Assembly: GCA_037305845.1 (NCBI GenBank)
Contig: CP147778.1
Location: 2,720,001-2,784,000, forward strand
From: Candidatus Freyarchaeum deiterrae
GTDB taxonomy: Archaea > Asgardarchaeota > Jordiarchaeia > Jordiarchaeales > Jordiarchaeaceae
Direction: 5' to 3'
DNA length: 64,000 nucleotides
Each line of letters begins with the position of its first letter. The first letter of the stretch is position 1. The position numbers were made by a program, and so were the translations under genes. Below are positions 59,521 through 64,000 of this stretch, in pieces. The notes under the pieces were generated by a model, which was given only the letters and a program-made list of their open reading frames with translations, had not been told where the DNA came from and did no database searches.

Positions 59521-60108
59521 ACGTCAGCAAAAAAGTTCATCTTCAAAGTCGTAGTGGTCGGCGACGGAGCGGTCGGAAAAACCAGCTTGGTCAAAAAATA
59601 CTCAGAAAACACTTTCAGGGACGACTATCTTCCCACCATAGGCTCAGGCTTCGCTACTAAACGATTAACCCTAGATGGAATAGAGGTCACATATCAGATC
59701 TGGGATATGGGCGGTCAGCCTCAGTTCAAGGTTGTGCGTCAGAACTTCTATCGTGGTGCTAGGGGGGTCGTTTATGTTTTTGATATCTCTAGGCGTGAGA
59801 CCTTAGATAACCTTGAGAAATGGCGAGAAGAAGTAAGCGAAACCTGTGGAGAAGTTCCCAATATATTAATAGGTAACAAAATTGACCTTCCCCGAAAAGT
59901 GGAAGCGCAAGAGGGTAAGCAGTATGGTCAGTGTTTTAATGCGCCTTATTTTGAAGCTAGTTTACCTCTGAATACGAATATTGACGAATGTTTTGAGTCG
60001 ATTGGCAAGTTAATTCTCAGAAGAGCCGAAAGTTTGCAGGGTCCTCCTATTAAGAAGCCGATAACCGCTTGCCCTGATAACACGACTACATCCAAAGAAA
60101 TAATCTAA
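59521..60108 (+). CDS. Rab-like small GTPase (probable ACG start)
   Basis: GDGAVGKT, YLPTIG, WDMGGQ, NKID, EAS. Strand beta1 (FIFKVVVV) is encoded upstream of the track's GTG. Confidence 0.92.
   Translation, partial: TSAKKFIFKVVVVGDGAVGKTSLVKKYSENTFRDDYLPTIGSGFATKRLTLDGIEVTYQIWDMGGQPQFKVVRQNFYRGARGVVYVFDISRRETLDNLEKWREEVSETCGEVPNILIGNKIDLPRKVEAQEGKQYGQCFNAPYFEASLPLNTNIDECFESIGKLILRRAESLQGPPIKKPITACPDNTTTSKEII
59695..59795 (+). repeat. 101-bp tract shared with 60463-60563 (1 mismatch)
   Basis: CAGATCTGGGATATGGGCGGTCAGCC...GATATCTCTAGGCG identical except AACTTC/AACCTC. Confidence 0.9.
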
Positions 60109-60288
60109 ACTCTTTGTGATGCTTCTTCTCTGTGAAGCTAGATGCTTTTTATTAAAAGTTTTTTTTGATATAAATGTGTTATATTCTACTTTTAGAGGAC
60201 GCATTTTTTATTTTTGTAAATGGCAAAACTTAAATATTCTGTAGCACTACTACAACTTAAGGAAAAAGAATGAAGTGAGGGAAAAAGG

Positions 60289-60930
60289 ATGTCTTTAACA
60301 ACCTACATCCACAAAATCATTGTTTGTGGCGATGGAGCTGTAGGCAAAACTAGTATAATAAAAAAATATTCAGAAAATACTTTCAACGAAAATTACCTAG
60401 CCACTGTGGGTTGCAACTTTGCGACCAAAAAAATTCATATAAACGGTTTAGAAATAACCTGCCAGATCTGGGATATGGGCGGTCAGCCTCAGTTCAAGGT
60501 TGTGCGTCAGAACCTCTATCGTGGTGCTAGGGGGGTCGTTTATGTTTTTGATATCTCTAGGCGGGAAACCTTTGAAAACATCCAGAAATGGCGAGAAGAG
60601 ATAGGAAGCGTTCTTACAGATCCCCCTTGTATACTCATCGGCAACAAAGTCGATCTTCCTAGAAAGGTAAGCGAAGAAGAAGCGAAAGAATATAGTTTAA
60701 AAAATAATACCCAGTACTTCGAAGCCAGCGTAGCCGAAAATTTAAACATTCAGGAGAGCATGGACCGAATCAACCAAATAATACTCGAAAAACAAGAAAA
60801 TGAAAGAAAAACAATATCCCCCATAAAAATATCAGCCCATTATCAAGATTTAATTAAACCCTCGATTCAATCTCCCGCAACTATTCCTGAGCGTCCTCTT
60901 AATCAAACAAAATTTCCTCTTACTATATAA
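60289..60930 (+). CDS. Rab-like small GTPase with Pro-rich C-terminal tail
   Basis: GDGAVGKT, WDMGGQ, NKVD, EAS. Confidence 0.93.
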   Translation: MSLTTYIHKIIVCGDGAVGKTSIIKKYSENTFNENYLATVGCNFATKKIHINGLEITCQIWDMGGQPQFKVVRQNLYRGARGVVYVFDISRRETFENIQKWREEIGSVLTDPPCILIGNKVDLPRKVSEEEAKEYSLKNNTQYFEASVAENLNIQESMDRINQIILEKQENERKTISPIKISAHYQDLIKPSIQSPATIPERPLNQTKFPLTI

Positions 60931-61227
60931 TTACTCTAAAAAAGCGATTCTAACTCTGACAATAGAAACCTCCAAGGTTTAAACGCAAAATGTGTGAATA
61001 CTTCCCTCACCGACCTTTTCCTCTCCCTCCTCCCCTACTTAATACGTTTTTCATAATTATTTGGACTCATTTTTTATATTTAACACCGTCTCAATGGGGA
61101 AACGATTTTTTAGTATTTGCTTATGACAAATAAATTCTAAAAGTAACGTTTTATAAACCGGCTTTGAGAAAGTTAAAAGTTTAAAATTTAAATTCCATTA
61201 TAGTTATTGTTATTCAAGGTGTATGGA

Positions 61228-61758
61228 ATGGTTGAAGTTAAAATAAACAAAACAATACTAGAGTTGGTTCAAGGAGATATAACGGAGCAGGATACCGACG
61301 CCATAGTGAATGCTGCCAACGCGGCTCTTCAAATGGGCGGGGGAGTTGCAGGTGCTATAAGAAGGAAGGGCGGTCCCAAAATTCAGGAGGAGTGCAATAA
61401 GATAGGAGGAACTTCAGTCGGAGGCGCAGTAATCACCAATGGAGGTAACCTTAAAGCCAGATACGTAATCCATGCTGTAGGGCCCCGCTGGGGAGAAGGT
61501 GACGAGGATCAAAAGCTCAAAAACGCCACACTTAACAGTTTGAAGGTCGCCGAACAAAATAATCTAAAGAGCATATCATTCCCTGCGATAAGTACCGGCA
61601 TCTTCGGGTTCCCTATGAAAAGAGCTTCAGAAATAATGCTTAAAACAACTTTCGAGTACCTAAAGGGTAAAACCGGTCTAAAAAAAGTGGCGTTCGTTCT
61701 CTATGACACAGACTCCTTTAAAACGTTTAGTGACACATTGAAAAGCATGAAAATATAA
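61228..61758 (+). CDS. Macro domain protein (ADP-ribose-binding / O-acetyl-ADP-ribose deacetylase)
   Basis: GDIT, IVNAAN, GGGVAGAI, IHAVGP, PAISTGIFGFP. Confidence 0.95.
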   Translation: MVEVKINKTILELVQGDITEQDTDAIVNAANAALQMGGGVAGAIRRKGGPKIQEECNKIGGTSVGGAVITNGGNLKARYVIHAVGPRWGEGDEDQKLKNATLNSLKVAEQNNLKSISFPAISTGIFGFPMKRASEIMLKTTFEYLKGKTGLKKVAFVLYDTDSFKTFSDTLKSMKI

Positions 61759-61863
61759 CAGATTCAGGACAAACTATTTTTTTTAAGGCAAACCTGTTTT
61801 CCAATAAAACCTTAAAGCGGGCAAGTCTTAAAACAGACCAGAAAAGTAAAGAAGCGAATAACA

Positions 61864-62574
61864 ATGGTAGGAAGGAAACTTAAACCTAGGGATAAGGCAA
61901 AGAATGATGAAGTTAAGAGCTATTATGTTTCAGCTCCCGACAAAGAGATAAGTTCAGATATCTCGGCGAAAACTTTTGACATTTGGAGTATAATAGAAAG
62001 TTGGAGAAAAAAACTGGGCATTGGTAATAGATTATTAGACGTCGGGGTGGGCACTGGGAGTTTCGTCTATCAAGGCTTTAAAAAGGGTTACAATGTGATG
62101 GGAGTCGATCTTTTAGAGGAAATATTGCAAAAAGTCTCAACCAAATTTCCCGAACTTAAAGACAAGTTGCAGATAGTGAACATCCTCGACGAAAAATCGG
62201 TATCCGCATTTGTAAGAAAATTTAACCAGTTCGACATAGTAACCATTTTAGGATTAGTTCCGAATCATGCGGAGAACAAGCAACAATTGATGACCACGCT
62301 TTACAACATCACGAAGTTTGCAGGCGTAAACTCATTGATTGTGGAGGATCTTATACTCGAAGAAATGTATCCCGGCAAACCGGAAGTTTATTGGAGCGAA
62401 TTCACGCACACCCTAACCTCCATCTCAGAAATAGGCGAGTTGTTCAGGAAGTATGGTCTCCGACTTCTCGATGCTTATACCATACATGAAATCTATCCCT
62501 CTGAAGGCGAATTTGACCAAGAGCTCGACGAACACTACATAAGAGTCTTTATTAATAAACCACCTAGAAAGTAG
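61864..62574 (+). CDS. Class I SAM-dependent methyltransferase
   Basis: LLDVGVGTG, GVD, FDIV. Confidence 0.8.
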   Translation: MVGRKLKPRDKAKNDEVKSYYVSAPDKEISSDISAKTFDIWSIIESWRKKLGIGNRLLDVGVGTGSFVYQGFKKGYNVMGVDLLEEILQKVSTKFPELKDKLQIVNILDEKSVSAFVRKFNQFDIVTILGLVPNHAENKQQLMTTLYNITKFAGVNSLIVEDLILEEMYPGKPEVYWSEFTHTLTSISEIGELFRKYGLRLLDAYTIHEIYPSEGEFDQELDEHYIRVFINKPPRK

Positions 62575-62655
62575 AACGAAAAAGTTGTCTAAAAACATTA
62601 ATAACTAACTTTCTAAATTCCCTTAAACCCCCAACCTAAATCATAGTTTGAACAT

Positions 62656-63228
62656 CTATTTTCTCGAAACGAACCTGTTTCCATTTATATAAAATCTCAA
62701 TGGCATATCCTTACCCTGTTTTATTCCTATCCTGCTTGAGGCAACAATCTCTGGCTTCTCTTCTATGTCCTCGAAATAAATGTCCTCCTCCTCCGTAATG
62801 TCCTTACCGTTAAAGGAACCGTTTATGTTAAAGGCTTTGGTCAGTTTAGCAGGACCGTTTGTGAGGTCTACTTCCTTGTTCACTTTTCGATGCTTTTTCA
62901 TTATTTCTATCCCGTCCACTGGTTCTAAGGCTCTAATTAGAACCCCTCCACTTTTGTCCTCCCCTTTTGTCAGGACATTAAACATCCAATGATTTCCGTA
63001 AGTGAAATAGACGTAAATCGTTCCTGACGGTTTTTCCCTGAAAAATTCTCGGGTGCTCGGCCTTATTTGAAAGTGGCTTGCAGGGTCATTAATAGAATAG
63101 TACGCCTCAGTTTCCACCACTTTCCCTTTCAATATTCCCTTAGACACCTTTTTAACCAAAATTTTTCCCAGAAGCTGCTGTGCCACTTGGGAAGGATCGT
63201 TTGAGAAAAAACTTCTATCGAGTTTCAT
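62656..63228 (-). CDS. DNA-3-methyladenine glycosylase (MPG/AAG family)
   Basis: VETEAY, DPASH, YVYFTYGNHW, VLIRALEP, GPAKL, RIGI. Confidence 0.93.
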   Translation of the reverse strand: MKLDRSFFSNDPSQVAQQLLGKILVKKVSKGILKGKVVETEAYYSINDPASHFQIRPSTREFFREKPSGTIYVYFTYGNHWMFNVLTKGEDKSGGVLIRALEPVDGIEIMKKHRKVNKEVDLTNGPAKLTKAFNINGSFNGKDITEEEDIYFEDIEEKPEIVASSRIGIKQGKDMPLRFYINGNRFVSRK

Positions 63229-63439
63229 GAATCTAATTTTCCGCATATCAAAAAATTAATTTTTCGGGATACACGTTAAAGCAAACCATAAAAAAAGAAT
63301 AAAGAGAGGTTGGAGAACGGTTTCCATCCATTTTTAGGCGAATTTTAAGGGTAAAAATTTTGGTATTTTAGGGTTTGAAAATGTTTGTGTTTATAATTTA
63401 GTTTTAGGCAGATTACGTGGAGTAAATTTTGGGACGAGT

Positions 63440-64000
63440 TCAACGTTTTAATTTAGCTTCCTGTTTTTCGGCGTACTCATTTATTATTGTATCCATCTCC
63501 AGTTTTATCTCGTCTCTCTTTTTCTCGAGTTCTTTTAACCGGGTTTCTATCTCTAGTATTCTGTCTTCCTGGGCAGAGAGGGCGGAAATGTATCTCTCCT
63601 TGAGTTCAACTTCCTGTCTGCTGTTTCCCAGAACCTTAAGGTTCTCCCTAAGTCTCGCCTGGGTTTCGAATATGCCCTGTTTCTCTCTTTGAAGGTTGTT
63701 CATTTCTAGTTCTATCTCGTTGACTTGGCTTTGTAGTTCTGCGACTCTCTTTAGGAAGCTGTTTTCTTCATTGGTGATCAGTCCTCTCTTAAAGTAGTCT
63801 TCGATAAGGGCTGTGTTTAACCCTATCACGCCAAATTGTGAGCTGAGGAGTCTGCGTAGTTTTACGGTGAATTCTTGACTTTTTCTCGGTTCTAGGGCTA
63901 CTTTCCACCGGTAGTAGTTTGGGGTTTCTTCCTCGAATTTCTCTGTTTTCCACGGTTCGAATCCGTACTCCTTGGGATGTTCAATTATTACCTCCTTGTC
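63440..64000 (-). CDS. C-terminal part of a DUF4139-like protein with coiled-coil end (5'-truncated)
   Basis: Frame open to the window edge: VIIEHPK...ETPNYYRWKV...QARLRENL...Y...L..QE. Confidence 0.65.
   Translation of the reverse strand, partial: DKEVIIEHPKEYGFEPWKTEKFEEETPNYYRWKVALEPRKSQEFTVKLRRLLSSQFGVIGLNTALIEDYFKRGLITNEENSFLKRVAELQSQVNEIELEMNNLQREKQGIFETQARLRENLKVLGNSRQEVELKERYISALSAQEDRILEIETRLKELEKKRDEIKLEMDTIINEYAEKQEAKLKR

Noticed and set aside
60040-60930. Prenylation signals on Rab-like GTPases
   Set aside because: No terminal CC/CxC/CAAX; the lone Cys in ITACPD is 12 residues from the end.
1-64000. Numerous antisense/overlapping ORFs in the track; tRNA, rRNA, CRISPR and IS elements
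   Set aside because: Shadow ORFs overlap well-supported genes; no cloverleaf, repeat-spacer array, transposase or terminal inverted repeats were seen.

Overview
Archaeal chromosomal segment, most likely from an Asgard archaeon (inference). The basis is three Rab-like small GTPases, a roadblock protein, an MIT-domain fusion and a PH-GRAM/GLUE-like protein, alongside archaeal housekeeping genes (thiolase plus DUF35, TET peptidase, DUF2070, FdhB-like subunit). No rRNA, tRNA, CRISPR array or transposase was recognised. Main contents: (1) 2.7-8.4 kb: a Rab GTPase, three KaiC/RAD55-like proteins lacking the Walker A motif, a winged-helix regulator with a palindromic candidate operator (CTTACC-N5-GGTAAG) repeated upstream of itself and of hsp20, and a TraB protein. 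(2) 9.5-19.5 kb: a rearranged accessory region with an FAD oxidoreductase, three FabG-like SDR paralogs plus two SDR relics, and four Cys4 V4R-like small proteins. (3) A beta-oxidation/ETF block. (4) Two pseudo-KaiC-V4R fusions, panB, and a decayed mvhD with TGA at the Cys/Sec position next to an AT-rich radical SAM gene. (5) Candidate eukaryotic-signature proteins: an MIT + HKD-PLD fusion with MITD1 architecture, a CCDC47-like protein, a GRAM/GLUE-Zn ribbon protein, a roadblock protein, and a Vps62/NPP1-like domain on a polytopic membrane protein. (6) DNA repair and metabolic genes, and a tandem Rab pair sharing a 101-bp converted tract. Several genes appear to start at near-cognate codons (ACG, CTG, ATA). 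All family calls come from reading motifs by eye, not from database searches.
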